A stretch of 64,000 nucleotides of DNA, taken from assembly GCA_044892525.1 (NCBI GenBank), contig CM097887.1:121808397-121872396 (forward strand), given 5' to 3'. Under the pieces are notes generated by a model. It did no database searches. It was not told the origin of the DNA and saw only the letters and a list, made by a program, of their open reading frames with translations. This DNA is from Schmidtea polychroa. Lineage: Eukaryota. The translations under genes and the position numbers were made by a program. Positions 50,301 to 64,000 of the stretch are shown one piece after another (the stretch's first letter is position 1; each line of letters begins with the position of its first letter).

Positions 50301-53300
50301 ACCTAGAAATTCCATAAACTGTGTAAAATGTTCGAGTTTTCCTTGCTTTAGACAAACAAACAAACGAAGAGATTTTCTATTCTTTATTTAATAATTAATA
50401 TATACTATCACATCCACTGTAATTAGGAAATTATACAATTCCTTAACATTACATATAAAAGACTAATCTAATTTTCTTTAATCGCCATTGATCGAAACAT
50501 AAAATTTCTTTCTCCAATGACAATAGTTAATTTATACACATTTTTATAACAGCTTCTATCGGGTGTCTGAAACCAATCATAATTTATCTTTTGTGTTTCA
50601 TAATGAAAAATATATAAGATTTGTTGAGGTCTTGTGATGAAGGTAAGAGGTGAGAAAATATTATAATTATTATACTTATCGATATTATAATAATACGTAT
50701 GACCAGTCTGTTCAATAACATGTAATTCAGTAACAGAGGTTTAGGCCCCCTATTAATTGGTCCCAGCCAATTCGGTAGCAATGTATTTGGTCCCTTTAAT
50801 TACATCACAAGTAATAAAATAATACGTAATAAACTAATACAATTAATAATACATCATCAGTATTCAGGAGTACCGTCAACATAAAGTTTGTGTCTCTGGT
50901 ATAAAAAACCAGGGTGTACTATCATCATTCTGTAATCTCTAGCGCCTTCGGAAATTCCCATATTGAACAATAAATTTGAATTAATATAAAGTATATTATA
51001 AAATAAATAAATGTATATGTGTAGTTTATAACCCCTCTAAGGATGCTTTCAATTAATTGGTTTCATTAATTTTAATATTTCAAAGGATAGCCTTTTTTGC
51101 TGTCTTGGTTGTCCAACGTATTTAAAACAGTTGAGTAGTTGACTTCATTTAATATCATAAAGAAATTTCAAAATGGTTTGTCTATATTGCACTTACTTGA
51201 AGTAGTTGGTTTTATTAATCATTCCTCTTACCGAATTGCCTGTAACCGAAAACAACGGGACCGAACTGTTTGCCAGTTACCAAAATGCCCTCGATATGGA
51301 TAAAGTGCAAAAATGATAGAAATCTGATACAATTACCAGACAATATGAAACAGTGAATATTAATCAAAATATACAGTACCACTAATTTCATGCGACTGTG
51401 CAATTTGTTATTAAAAACTTTGCTATCGTATTAGGTGCAGCGAGGTTAGCATTATTTATATTTACAATGACATTCCATCAATTTTGATAAAAATTAAAGT
51501 CCATTGCACACGCCCAAATTGGTTGGTAAAGTACACATCTGGCACAGAGGTGAAAATTTGTGAATTTATACTGTGAAACACTCAAGGAATGTGTTATTTT
51601 GTGAGTTATTAGGTGAATCAATAAATATTTGTATTTAGACTCAAAGAATGAAAAATAAAATTCACGTTTAGCAAATAATAGGCTATAAATAATTCAACCG
51701 TCACCAAAAATATACCATTCATAGGTTAAGTGAACAACAAATTTTGTTAAATAGAATATTTTGTAAATTTCAAGAGATTCCCACCTTTTGGAACGCCGCT
51801 GTCATCTTTGTAGGAAATACGATGCTTTGGGTTTTCAGCTTTAGGATCTCCAACGTATTGTCCAACTACCAAATTTTTGAGAGATAGAGCTTCTACTGCT
51901 CGAAGAGCTTTCAGCTTAAAAAGATTTATTTATATTTTTATTTTTAAATCTATATTTAATACACCTTTAAATTATTTATAGAAAAATCATTTTTATGGTG
52001 TGAGGTGTTCTAAATATAAATTAAAATATTATTGTATGTTGCTTGTATGTTAAAATCTTTACTTATGCATTAATTATTTTTATAGAAACTCCTCAAACAA
52101 ATGATGATGTGAATTGTTTTAAATATTATTGTAATTAAATAATAAAACGTATTTGGAATCTTGATTTTAAATGGATTCAATTATTACCAGAAGNNNNNNN
52201 NNNNNNNNNNNNNNNNNNNNNNNNNNNNNNNNNNNNNNNNNNNNNNNNNNNNNNNNNNNNNNNNNNNNNNNNNNNNNNNNNNNNNNNNNNNNNNNNNNNN
52301 NNNNNNNNNNNNNNNNNNNNNNNNNNNNNNNNNNNNNNNNNNNNATAAGAATTTTTTTATTATTAGAAAGACAAATTCCATTTTAGTTTAATTACCACGT
52401 CGATCTTTATTATTTTTCCAAAAATTGAAAACTTTTTGTACATCAATTTCGTCACTACGCCTTAAAAATAATTTGATACGCATGAGATGGTCCAAATGAA
52501 ATGTGCCCAATCTGTTTCTGGCCTTTGTTTTAATGGCATTCATTTGACTAAACCCACGCTCGCAATCTGCACTGGATGCTTGAAAGGTCGCAGAAATGTC
52601 TATTAAAGAGAAAAACTCTTGAAACACCTCCTCCTTGTTGGCAAGGTCTACCATATCCGCGAAACTGCTTACGACGTTAGAGTTAAATTTGGTTTGGTAT
52701 AAAAATTTAAAATTCGAATATTGGCTTAAAATTTGCTTCTTCACTTCTTCACTATAATTTGGAATAATTTTCGAGTATTTGTTAAGAAGATTCAGTAAGT
52801 TTTGGTTTCCAAAATTAAAGTTGTTGCTGTTTGCGATTCCTATGTGATCAAATGCAGCCCAGTCTTTCATTTCTTCTTCTGGAAATCTAGTATGGATATT
52901 GTAATGTTATGCTGTGTTGCATGAACAATTACATTTTGATGAATATAATCAGAGTAAAAGATTTTATTTATTCTCATTCCTCGTGTTATTATACAATTTT
53001 TATTTTAGGAATAAATAGAATTGTTATCAACGAAATATAATTATACATAAACATCGTGGGAGAAAAAACTTAAATTATTTAAACCAAATTTGCTACTGTT
53101 TATTTATTGAAACTTTTTTCAGCCGTTACACGCATACTAACTACTAATTTTTATGATTAAAAAAATATAATAAATAAAAATAAACCAATAAATTTCATGG
53201 CTTCGTTTCTTAGCTTTATTTGATTATAAATTATTTTTTTAGCAGATAAATTTTATAATTCAAAAACTATTTTATATAACAATAGGAATAGTTTTCCCTG

Positions 53301-56300
53301 CTGTCAAAGCTTCATAAATTCCAGACTTCTTATGCATTTTAATCTAAGGTCGTCCCCGGTAGTCATCATTAAGCAAAGGCGTGTTTTCAGAAGAATCCAG
53401 CAATTACTTACACCTGGAATATTGTTCAAAAAATTCTAAAACATTTTGAGAAAACTCAAAATCTTTAGAAGTTTCATTACTTGCCTTCGAAATGCAATGA
53501 AAAAAAGCTTCCGCTATTCCAAGGCCAGTACCTATCAGCATCGATATCCAAGAAAAGATTTTTATTTTATTTTAATAACTGTCCATAACTTGATTCCCAC
53601 ACTTTCGAATCAAATTCATAATCCCCAGAAAAAATTTTAATGGATTATACAATTTATGAATGTCAAATTCATCTTTTGGTACCAGTTCACAAACTTAAAA
53701 CGGACTGTTAGAAGGGTAAATATAACAATAAAACCTACTATACATTAATATAGTTATAAATCAAAACATTATCAATGTGTAATCACAAGTTCTTTTGCTT
53801 ATTAACAGTTATCAATTTTGTTTGTTTAAATCAGCGTTTTTCAACCGCTGATCCGCGACGCAATATGAGGCGGCGAAAAAATAAAATTGGTCCGCGTACA
53901 AAGAATAGATAGATTTTTGATTCGCAGTACGTTTTGGTTGGGTAACACTGGTTTAAATTAACATTATAAATTGTTCCATAAAAGACAAACAATTTTTCCA
54001 GTGAATAATTCCCGATTTCAGTTCCTTCATAATGTACAATCGCTTTGTCACTGAAATCATTGTAATAAAAGATCCGTACGCCGTACTGAGTGATCTGTGA
54101 TGGACTGCATCGACAATTAGAAATATTTCCCGTTATTAGAAATAAACCATTCGACTTGATAACAAATTTTCGAATGAAAAGCAAATATTTACTAATCAAA
54201 TAAACAAACCACATATATTTGGTAACATCAAATTTTGTATTTATGGGATTAATTTATTTTTATACATTTTAATCTCTCAGTTCACTTCTGACAGGGGTCA
54301 TTGAGGCTTCAAAATTCTTATTTTGTTTTAAAATGTTTTATCTGATTTGAATGACCTAATTTTACAAGTAATTTAAAATTGTTGAGAGCCACAACTTGGC
54401 AAATACCATCAAGGGTCACAATACTTAAAGATTGAGAATTTATGCTTTAACACTAGAACTACCAAAAAATTACTTATTTAGACTGATGTTGGTGAAAAAA
54501 ACTTTTTCTATAATTAAGCAAACACAAAATAAAATTCATTATAATAAAAATATATGTATCACGAGTAAAGTCAACATAATTCATAAAAAAATAATAAATT
54601 GATAAATTAATGATAAAAAGTAAAACCAGTCATTTTTAGAGCTTGGCGAGTCGATTAACCGAAAACCGTCGATTTTTAACTCCTGTTTTGTATTTTCTTT
54701 ATGTCGTCATCAAATGTATGGAAATATGCAGTAAAAATAAAAAATCCATAAACGAAAGAGTGTGAAGGTGTTTGTAACAATTGTGGAGCGGCAATAAAAT
54801 GTAGTGACGGATCTACAACTTCGTTGAAAACCATATTTTAAGGCACGGTATAAAAGTAGATTCTGAAGTATCAAACGTCAATATGGGTCCATCAACATCA
54901 AAGAAAGTCAACACACTGGGAAGTTATTTTAAATTAGTATCATTAAATGAACGATATGGTCACAGATGATGTTTCAATTCGAGCCATAACTAGAAACAAA
55001 ATTATTCGTAAATTAATGCAAGAAGGTGGCACAAAACTGCCGACTTGTGAAAGAGATGTACTGAGACTAATTTATGAAGACTTTGAAGAGAAAAGGTTGG
55101 TACTAATTAAAGATATTAAAAAGAGAGTTGATAATGGTGAAAAATTTAGCTGCACGTTCGATAAGTACTCAAATGTCAGACGAAGGCGATACATCGGAAT
55201 TAATCTGCACTATCGTAACGAGAAAAAGATCTGGGTTAGTTAAGATCTTCGGAGCATGTCCAGCAGAGACATTAATCGAAAAATTGATGAACATTTAAGA
55301 TCATTCGGATTGTGTTTAGATCGTGATATTGTCGGTTCGACACAGGATGGCGCATCCGTTAATAAAAAAGCTTTACGTTCAACAAGCATAATCGAACAAT
55401 ACTGTCTAAATCACGCTATTCATTTAGGCGTAAGTGATACTCTTTACAAAAAAGCAAAGGAAGCAGTACAAATTGAGGAAGAAAATGAGCAAGATACTGA
55501 GAATAATGATGGTGATAATTTCGAGACTTATGGAGGTATTTTGGAGATTTTGAAAAGTAGTCAAATTTATTAAACTTTCTCCTATTCGCAGTAATGTTTT
55601 TTATCAGAAACAAAAGCTGAATTTGGACAAGAAGTTGAATTACATCTCGTCAGAAATTCTTCAGGCTAGATTTGGAGGCTCTTGCGGAATTTAAAAATTC
55701 ATTGGCTCCATAAAATTAGCAATAAGAGCTCTAGGGAGAGATGTGACCTTATTAACGGCAGATAAAGTTTTAAAATTTATGATGAAGTTTAGTTTCCATT
55801 TATGCAATAATATATTAAAAAATAGACAAAATCTTCTAAAAACCGAAAACTGCGGTTTTCAAAAAGACCGGTTTTTCCCTAACTCTAGTCCTTTTGACTG
55901 GTCTGGTAGTTCCAGTGTTAATGCAGTGATTCTCAACATGTATAACGCGTATCCCAAGGGGCACGCATTTGATAGCTTAGCGGTACGCGAAAAAAATTTA
56001 GTAATGGCGGATGTTAAAAATATACTACTCTCCTCTCGTCTCGATCCAGTTTCAGAGTGATGGCAAACAGTGGGAAAGGAAATTGTTTTAGCGCACACTT
56101 TACAATTAAAATATTGTTCCAAGTTATGTTTTTTTTGTTTAAAATAAAAATGTATATGTGCAGCGCTATATTTATTATTTTCTGTCGCAACATTTTTCAG
56201 CACTTCTTATCTGAACATGAATTGTATTATTCATAGTCAGATACCGTTCACACAATTCTTGTATCATTCAGTGGATGATATCTATTGGCGTATAGCGATG

Positions 56301-59300
56301 GATTTTGTAATAAAGTTAGTGTTAGAATTCCAATAGTACGCAGCATTTCTATGGTAGCGTGACACATTCAATACTCGTTTCTTGAGATTACACAATTCTT
56401 ATCAATTTTATTTTCGTTCGGTAATTTTTAACATTGTTTTAATTTAAAATTAAAATTAATTTCTAAATTAATATAGGGTTAAATATGAAGACAGCCCTAA
56501 ACCAAAATGTGAAGTATGTGGGGAAGTACTGTCAAATGACTATATATTTAGTGTTAGAACAAGTTTAAAATAATAAAAACTACGAGAATTTAAATCATAA
56601 AATTTTTTCTAATGTAAGGTGTAATTTAAGATAATGAACTGCCAACGGGTACGCATGCCAAAAAAGGTTGATAACCTCTACTTTAATGAAACTATTTTAA
56701 TTTTATGATTTCGTTTATTGAAATGTCAAATGGTTTCTGTTTATCAAACCTCCAGCTTTATTTAATTATTTATGAATATGTATTACCGAATAATTTACTT
56801 AAGAAATATTGACCATTTGCCGATTAATAACACAAATCCTCATTAAATATCTGAACTATTCGTTACTAGAAGTCTCCAAATGTTGATTTTTACAATAAAG
56901 AAATATAATTTGTAAAAGATAATTATTATGGCACAGCGGAAATGAAAAAGGAGATAATAATTTCAAATAAAGACATGATAAGGATCCCTGTATATTACTA
57001 AGATTTATTCGGAAATATAATGATATTCACTTTTTAGTTGGAAATCAATTCCTTATCAGTAATCTGAAATGACCCGAAATACTTTTAATAGGATATAAAA
57101 TATGACGAAATGATTTTGAATATTATATTGCTAGTAAGGTGTTGTTCAAGAGTCACCACTGACAGACTACCTGGGCACAGAAGAAACATTCGAGACAATA
57201 TAACTTGGACTCAAGAAAACAGTTTTATGTGCAGATTTTATCGTAAAGTGAAAAAATTTCATAAGTTACTTTTTCTGAACGAATGTCATCAGCATTCGTT
57301 GTCAGTGGTTTTTCCATGGCTATCAACGACATAATCTGCAACAGATGATTCTGAATGACATCTCTGGAATACAGTATTAATTAATTACATATCCATTCAA
57401 ATTTAGTACTTCAATAATCATTGTTTACAGAAATTTGTGTATTGGTAAATGTGCAAAAGTCAACAAATAAACGCATAATAACCAATTATACGCAACCATT
57501 TTTGTACAGGAGAAATTTATTATTAATAATTAAGGTTCATATAAATACATAAGTAATAAATTAATTTATGACTAATTTATTTTAGCCTACAAACTGGACT
57601 TTTTTGTGAGTTAAATTTTTTTCGACAACAAAAACTCGGTCAAATGACTAGTGACAAATGAGGAGTATAAACAAAAGCAAATATCCCAGGATATATCGTA
57701 TTAGGTAATATCTATATGGGGCATCAAACATGATAGGTCATTACATAACTTTATAATTGTATTCATATATATATATATATATATATATATGGTGACATAA
57801 TAGTTGAACTCTAATATAATAAATTCCATAACTGACCTTTTACATATGATATCATAATTGACGTTTGACCTCGTCACTATTTGATATCTATTTGCTAACT
57901 AGTATATTTTTATTACTAACTCTACATCAACACACACATACATAATCATCATCTACACATATGAATTACTAGAACTCTGAAATACAGTCGTAACAGTACT
58001 ATTAATATTTCTACTTTGTTAGTTTCTATTTCTTATAAATGGAACAATTTCGCAATGCTTCATCTTTCATATCATTTGCATGACACTTATTTAAAGATTT
58101 TAATACATGGAATTTTTCGATTGTTAATTGAAATGTATTACATGAACTACTAATCCAAGCATAAAATAAAATAATCACCACGTGGTCTGAATAATAATGC
58201 CAAAACACATAAGTTAGTTTATTGACTAGTTTATTGTCTGAATCTTATACAAATTCTTATTAAATTTCTTAAGAAATCCTTGGACTATATTTCTAAGAAT
58301 ATTTTAGCAAATAAAATATGCTGATTCATATTCTACTAAAAAATAAATTTTTTAACAAAAATTAAAAAATATAAGAACTTTTTGTTTCAAATTTCACCAC
58401 TGATTTCTTTTCCATTGTATTTATTAAAAAAGCTTGACTAAGAATCAGTAAATATATCGATGTTTTTGATATTCACGAATATTCGGCACTTCGTTTTTCA
58501 AGAGAATTTGATCAAAAAAAATTAAAAAGTCGCCCAACTTTCAAAATCATAAAAATCACCAAAAATAAATAAGAAATTTTACATTTAATAGAAAAGAAAA
58601 GTTTATTTAAAATCTTTTACTAAAATTTTTATGATCAGTAAAATCCTTAATATTTTACTCATATTTGATCTGTTTTTGTTTTCTTTTAACATAATATATC
58701 TATTTTCATTAGGACTGTAAATGTGGTACTAAGTTTTATGTTTGTATTACGGTTATTTTAATATCAATCATAGTTCTGTTAGATAATATCGAAATTAGTC
58801 TTTTACATTCGTTTGGATATTGAGAATTGATGATTTCAAAGTATTTATAATGTAATAACTTTTAATTATAAATTATAGTTATGATATTTTTCGTAACAAA
58901 ATTTAATAATTTCAATACCATATGATTGAAATGTGATTTTTTACATTGTACATATTTGACTTGCATTGCCATAATTTCAAGCAAAACGAATAACAAGAAT
59001 TTCCATAGAACAAATGCAAATGAAAATTTCCATTTATGGAAAAAATTTTGTTACTTATTCGCATTTCATTCTGTACTCTAGCCCATTTTAATATCTGAAA
59101 AGTCATTATTAGCTGTCATTTCGTCTACGATGACAAAGACCACTCCAAAATCATATCTTAAGTATCCCCAATATTTATAAAGACTTTTATTATTAACCCT
59201 ACACTGCATGACTTTTTATATTTGATAGGAAAAAACTGTAAGACGTTTTAAAAATTGATTTGGTAATACAAAACTATTGAGAATTACATTACGGTTTTTT

Positions 59301-62300
59301 TGTATTATATTGCAAATATAGCCAATACAATGTAATATGAGAGAACATTTACCGAGAACAAGAGCGAGACAGTTTTTATTCTAATAAGATAATTGTGTAT
59401 CACCAGCGATACAATATGCAGTGTAGGGTTAAGCTCACATCTTTTATCATTAAATATATAACTTTTATGTTCATATAGTAATCCTTTGACAAAGTGACAT
59501 TTATTGTTTCAACACCTCAAGCACATTCAATAATATCGAATTTTTTTAAACTTTAATTCCAAACATTCCTTCCAAAAATTTTGAAGTCAAATTTTTACAT
59601 AAATCTGTTAAAGGAATTGGCCTAAAAAATTATAATTCATATATTTTATTGATATTTTAGATAAATTTCAGAAAAAAATTTAAATGGTAAAAACAGAAAC
59701 AGAGCAAATGGAATTTTACCGAATAATCCCAGCATCATTGAAATAGCCTCCACGACCTTCAACTCCAAAGTCTTCCTTGAAAATGATCTGCACCGAAGCG
59801 ATATGATTACGATCCCATAAAGACCGAAATAAAATGTTTCCAAATCTACACGATATCAATATTATCAGCAAATTTACATTGTGTCAAAATAGAAGATATG
59901 GTAACCTTAATACGAAAAGATTCTTCACCATTTCCTTCCCAAGATAATGATCAATTCTGTATATTTCCGATTCATAAAACAAATTAGAGATATGATTCGA
60001 CAATTTATTTGAGCTTTCTAAATCATGTCCAAATGGCTTTTCGATTATTATTCTGCCCCAGCCTTTTTTCCTAGATTTCACAATAAATAGAAAGCAAGTT
60101 AAATTGAAATTTTATTAACAATTTTATGTGGTACATAGTCAACATTTGGAGGGAAAGAATCTTAGTTCATCATGAAACGAAGCATTTTAACAATAATAAT
60201 TACTATCAATAAAATAATGGTCAATTCGCTTAAAGATCATAATATTTGGTGAAATGTTTATGATTATTCATTGCATTAAAATCGTTCTGCTTAATAAAAC
60301 ATGATTTTAAAATTGTTTCTCGTAATTTATCGAAACAAGGAAACCAACTTAATTTTCGCCTAATTAATCCCAAACTTAGTAATTTAGTTCATTGGTATTA
60401 GCCATATATTTCATTAATGTTACTTCAGGAGCCCTATGAAGTGTTAGCCTCAAAGGGTTAGATGTCACTGAACTAGATCAATTTTAGACATTATATTGGG
60501 TTACTAAATGAGATAGCGATATTTCTATAAATGTAACATTAAACAGTCATCTGTGACCAATTCTTATTAATTTTAAGGAAAAGATAAAAACATAAAAGAC
60601 TTAATAAGCACTCATTAACAAGTATATGTTAAAGACGCATTTATTTCTAAAAGTAATAAAATCCAAAAAAGAGCAATTGGATATCAGACTGATATGGACA
60701 ATCATTTGAAAAATCTTCAAGAGAAAATTTTTATAAGATTATAAGATTATAATTGACTGCATATTGTGCTTATCAATTGGCATTTGTGATAATACTGGCT
60801 ATAGCACATTTCTATCAGTACATTGAAAGTATGAAACTTAGCGAAACTAACTAATAATACAATAGTAATAAAATGCTAGAGCAATATAGTTAATGCTATA
60901 ATGATTCAAGTCGGTGGGAAAACTTAAGCAAAAATTACAGGCACAATTTCATGCATAACTAACTCAATTAAATGATCAGGATGATTTAAATAATCAACAT
61001 ATATAGACGATGTCCTACAAATTAAATTAATTCATCAATTTAATTAAAATTAAATATTCTATTTTTGTCTTCCTAATTTGTTTCAACCAATAATAACAAT
61101 GGCAATAATGATAACAATAATANNNNNNNNNNNNNNNNNNNNNNNNNNNNNNNNNNNNNNNNNNNNNNNNNNNNNNNNNNNNNNNNNNNNNNNNNNNNNN
61201 NNNNNNNNNNNNNNNNNNNNNNNNNNNNNNNNNNNNNNNNNNNNNNNNNNNNNNNNNNNNNNNNNNNNNTAATATGAATATTAATAAGTTTTTTATTGTC
61301 TTTTCAAATTATGTTCCTGCAACCCTTCTTAAGGAGCACAAATGTATTTACAATTTTATTCATAACGAAAAACTTACATAGCATACGATTTATTTGTATT
61401 TAATTCATAAATAAATGTTTGAAAAGAAAACTATATTAAATTTGTAGCCAAAGTTAAAACTGGGAATTCATTTTTAAAGGTAAGCTCCAAAATATTCTTT
61501 TAATGTTCCTGGCCTTAAACACCGAAGACAATAAATCAGAAAGGCCACACCAATAGTGTGTGGTTTGACCATTAGAAGACTTACGGTAACTTAATGAATT
61601 AAAAAATTATTTTTTGCTTGGTATCGTACATTAGTCTTTAAAGAGTTAACTAATCATACCAATAATCTATCAAAAATAAACTATTTTACTAAATGGTTCA
61701 TCAAAAAAATAGTTTTGATAATTTATTTGTCAGTAATTTAACATCATTTTAAAGTAATTTAATTTAATACATCGACTTTCTATTTATTTTCCCAAACAAA
61801 TACATAGAAAATTGAAATTTGTTGCTCATACGAATACGGAATGTGAAAAAAAAATGAATACATCTATATAATTACTATTAAAAATAAACTACTCCCATCA
61901 ATTTATATAAATGAATAATTAAGAATCCATTCCATTAAATGCCCTAGTATTCCAAAGTACAGTTCTCAGAGATAATTATACCGTTTCTATGGAAACTCTG
62001 GCATTTAAAATTCCATAAAAATAAACTGCATTATCCAAATGGCTAAATTATTCAATTTATATTCATATATTAATCTTGTTATAAATATAATTAACTGAAT
62101 CTTCTGTTCTTTTAATACAATATACAAAAATCAACTAACTGTTCTGGCCAACACTCCTGTCGAATCATGGTGGAAACTTGCATGAAAACAGATGGAGGAA
62201 GAGCCAGATAAAAAATTCGGTTACTATTATTTTTACCAGTAACTTCGTCAATTAAATTATTAAGAGTTTTGAAATCTTCGGGATTATTATATTTTCCAGA

Positions 62301-62357
62301 TAAATAATAATTGTTCTTGAAGAACGCTTCCACTTTGTCCTGCTCATCGTCTTTTAT
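44140..62357 (-). CDS. G6PD: Glucose-6-phosphate dehydrogenase, 9 exons (N-terminal exons not found in the window)
   Basis: Exons 62140-62357, 59906-60070, 59720-59845, 57270-57363, 51785-51914, 47946-48035, 47654-47895, 45924-46093, 44140-44239. All introns GT..AG; one open frame of 444 aa with [56 protein letters not shown] at 44077-44082. Confidence 0.97.
45312..45480 (+). mobile_element. BED zinc-finger relic (hAT transposase N-terminus) in the last G6PD intron
   Basis: [17 protein letters not shown]...FCLFC with in-frame stops. Confidence 0.55.
45802..45897. repeat. (ATT)n microsatellite
   Basis: About 30 ATT repeats; the source of the poly-Ile ORF in the track. Confidence 0.95.
47281..47336. 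repeat. (TA)n(TG)n compound microsatellite
   Basis: Read directly; another (TA)n lies at ~57766-57790. Confidence 0.95.
52388..52870 (-). mobile_element. hAT transposase C-terminal dimerization-domain fragment
   Basis: [32 protein letters not shown] matches the hATC consensus (S..CER.FS.M..IKT..RNRL). Confidence 0.85.
54637..55887 (+). mobile_element. Internally deleted hAT transposon with a decayed transposase
   Basis: Imperfect TIRs TAGAGCTTGG / CCTAACTCTA (8/10); TSD GTCATTTT / GTCCTTTT; BED finger (SNVWKY..CNNC..GSTTSL), [21 protein letters not shown]; C-terminus missing. Confidence 0.85.
55924..56680. mobile_element. Decayed Charlie/Buster-type hAT derivative
   Basis: CAGTGATTCTCAAC versus GTTGATAACCTCTA (10/14); flanks TGTTAATG / CTTTAATG (6/8); internal [15 protein letters not shown] resembles the Buster/Charlie N-terminal zinc finger. 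Confidence 0.65.
59197..59428. mobile_element. piggyBac-type MITE
   Basis: TTAA on both flanks; perfect 13-bp TIRs CCCTACACTGCAT / ATGCAGTGTAGGG. Confidence 0.9.
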
Positions 62358-63174
62358 CTATAAATTCTTTCATTATTATCTTATTTTTTATTAATTGTTT
62401 ATTATTATTTATTTTAATTATTTAATTTTAATTTTAATTAATTTTATTTATTATTATCAATTGTTATTTATTAATTTAATAAATTCGAACAACGATCATT
62501 TTAATACAAATTCTGTCAGGAAGTTTACAAAGCACATAAAAAGCTCAGGATGCTGGTGCTATTGTGTTGTTATCATCATTTACATCTGTAATAATCACCA
62601 TAAATCTTTGGGATTCATCTCATTGTGGTCTATCCGTTCGCATCTGGTGCAAATAGAAAGCAAAGATCAATATTGAACAAACGAAAGTCTTTAATGAAAA
62701 AAATATTAAAATTTAAACTTATAAAAAATAAAGCTGTCTCTATCTCAGAGCGATGTGAACAGTTGGGACTAGGAAATGATAAAATACCGGACATTCTCAA
62801 TTGAGAATTGTTGTTCCCAGAAAATCTGAGATTGAATGGAAAAAAATAGATTCATACTTAGAACTAATTAGAACTAACTTTTCAAATAGCGTTTTTGCGC
62901 AAAAAAAGTATATATTTAAAAAAAAATTTGCGATATAAAATAAGTTAAATACAGTAAATTTTAGTACAGAATTAAAGTTTTAGCTTCGAATTCAAACCAC
63001 ATTATGTAATTGAGCGTTAGTATAAAATAGGCACAAATGTTTTAGTTGTAAACGCTGTATTGGTATTGCTGTAACTAGCACCTTTGTATGTGTCCAAGTT
63101 AAGACAGCACACATGTAGTATAAATACTTGAAAAAAAGCAAATATTCATAAAAACTAAAAAACACTATAAAATT

Positions 63175-63841
63175 TATTAGAAGACTTTGGAGACATATAA
63201 TTTATTAATATCAAAAAACTGATTATCCCCCCGGAGGAAGTAATTATATTGTAAGTACATACATGCATCAATAATACAATATTACAACTTTGACATTCAA
63301 ACATACATTACATAATAATAATACTCATTGGAGCATCAAATTTCAAAATCCATTTTTTCATTAATAATTATTGCAACTGTCTTTTCATCTTGCTCAGAAA
63401 CTGCACATTCATTACCTTTTATGTAACGAATAGCATCATTTAAATATCTTCCTTAATTTGAAGGTTGTTCGAAGGCTTTTCGGCATCTTTCTGCATAACT
63501 GTCAATTTCTTCATTGATACCTTCATATAATTTAGCCGCTTCGATTGACACGAATGCTCTTATGAACGATTTTGTAATTGAATTGGAATTTGAGTTAAAT
63601 CAAAGAATCTTCTAAACTTTTCTAAGAAAATATCCAGACTGTGTCCTATGGTAAAGATTTTCGGCGTTGGAATAAAGGCATTTAGTGGATTATTTGTCGT
63701 GGTTGCCATATTAGAAGACTTTGGAGACATCATTTATTAATATAAAAAAACTGATTATTCCTCCGGTGGAAGTAATTATATTTAAGTATCTTGAGCAGGA
63801 TACACACACCTTTGACATTCAGACATACATTACATAACAAT
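63175..63841 (-). mobile_element. Possible miniature LTR element (diverged ~140-bp direct repeats around a gag-like relic)
   Basis: Repeats 63175-63317 and 63709-63841; minus-strand MATTTNNPLNAFIPTPKIFTIGHSLDIFLEKFRRFFDLT starts at the inner edge of the right repeat; frameshifted; no clear PPT. Confidence 0.4.
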
Positions 63842-64000
63842 CATACATACAAATTCAACATGCAATTATGTTATTTCAAACAGGTATTATTTACATTTAT
63901 CCTACAAAATTTAAATATGAAAAGTGAAAAAATAAGTAATAATTCTCAATTCTTCATCAGGCACACAGCCCTCCCGGGCACACATGGAATAGCGCATTTG

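Noticed and set aside
62530-62600. PA-domain-like peptide KAQDAGAIVLL, and a Kunitz-like [12 protein letters not shown] at ~51500
   Set aside because: Very short, frameshifted or stop-bounded matches; not distinguishable from chance.
62358-64000. G6PD N-terminal exons (GASGDLA, YARS motifs)
   Set aside because: Not found in the minus-strand frames I read here; presumed to lie beyond the window.
1-64000. CRISPR arrays, rRNA or tRNA genes, prokaryotic operons
   Set aside because: No repeat-spacer arrays or structural RNA genes recognised; the sequence is intron-containing eukaryotic DNA.

Overview
AT-rich eukaryotic (metazoan-type) genomic DNA with spliceosomal introns; the species cannot be determined from the sequence. 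Bases 1-4075 hold MITEs, the last two exons of an MMS19-like gene and a Ty3/gypsy RT-RNaseH relic. Bases 4076-36582 are a near-identical 7,209-bp unit amplified as a head-to-tail array (4076-20551, about 2.3 units) followed by an inverted array (20881-36582, about 2.2 units), giving a quasi-palindrome with 14.4-kb arms. Each unit carries one apparently intact three-exon gene for a secreted tandem F-type (fucose-binding) lectin (5 full copies) among retroelement debris: a deleted gypsy, a Penelope-like RT, an LRR-like relic and two unidentified repeats. Both arrays end at the same nucleotide of the unit and run into the un-rearranged flanks, which exposes the amplification junction. Bases 36.6-42.3 kb hold a gypsy RT relic, hAT elements, a minimal hammerhead-ribozyme motif, a deleted lectin paralog and a cargo-carrying hAT element with a fold-back. 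Bases 44.1-62.4 kb are nine exons of G6PD on the minus strand (5' exons not found in the window) with transposon-filled introns. There are three N gaps. Whether the palindrome is real, an assembly artefact or a haplotype misjoin cannot be settled from this sequence alone.
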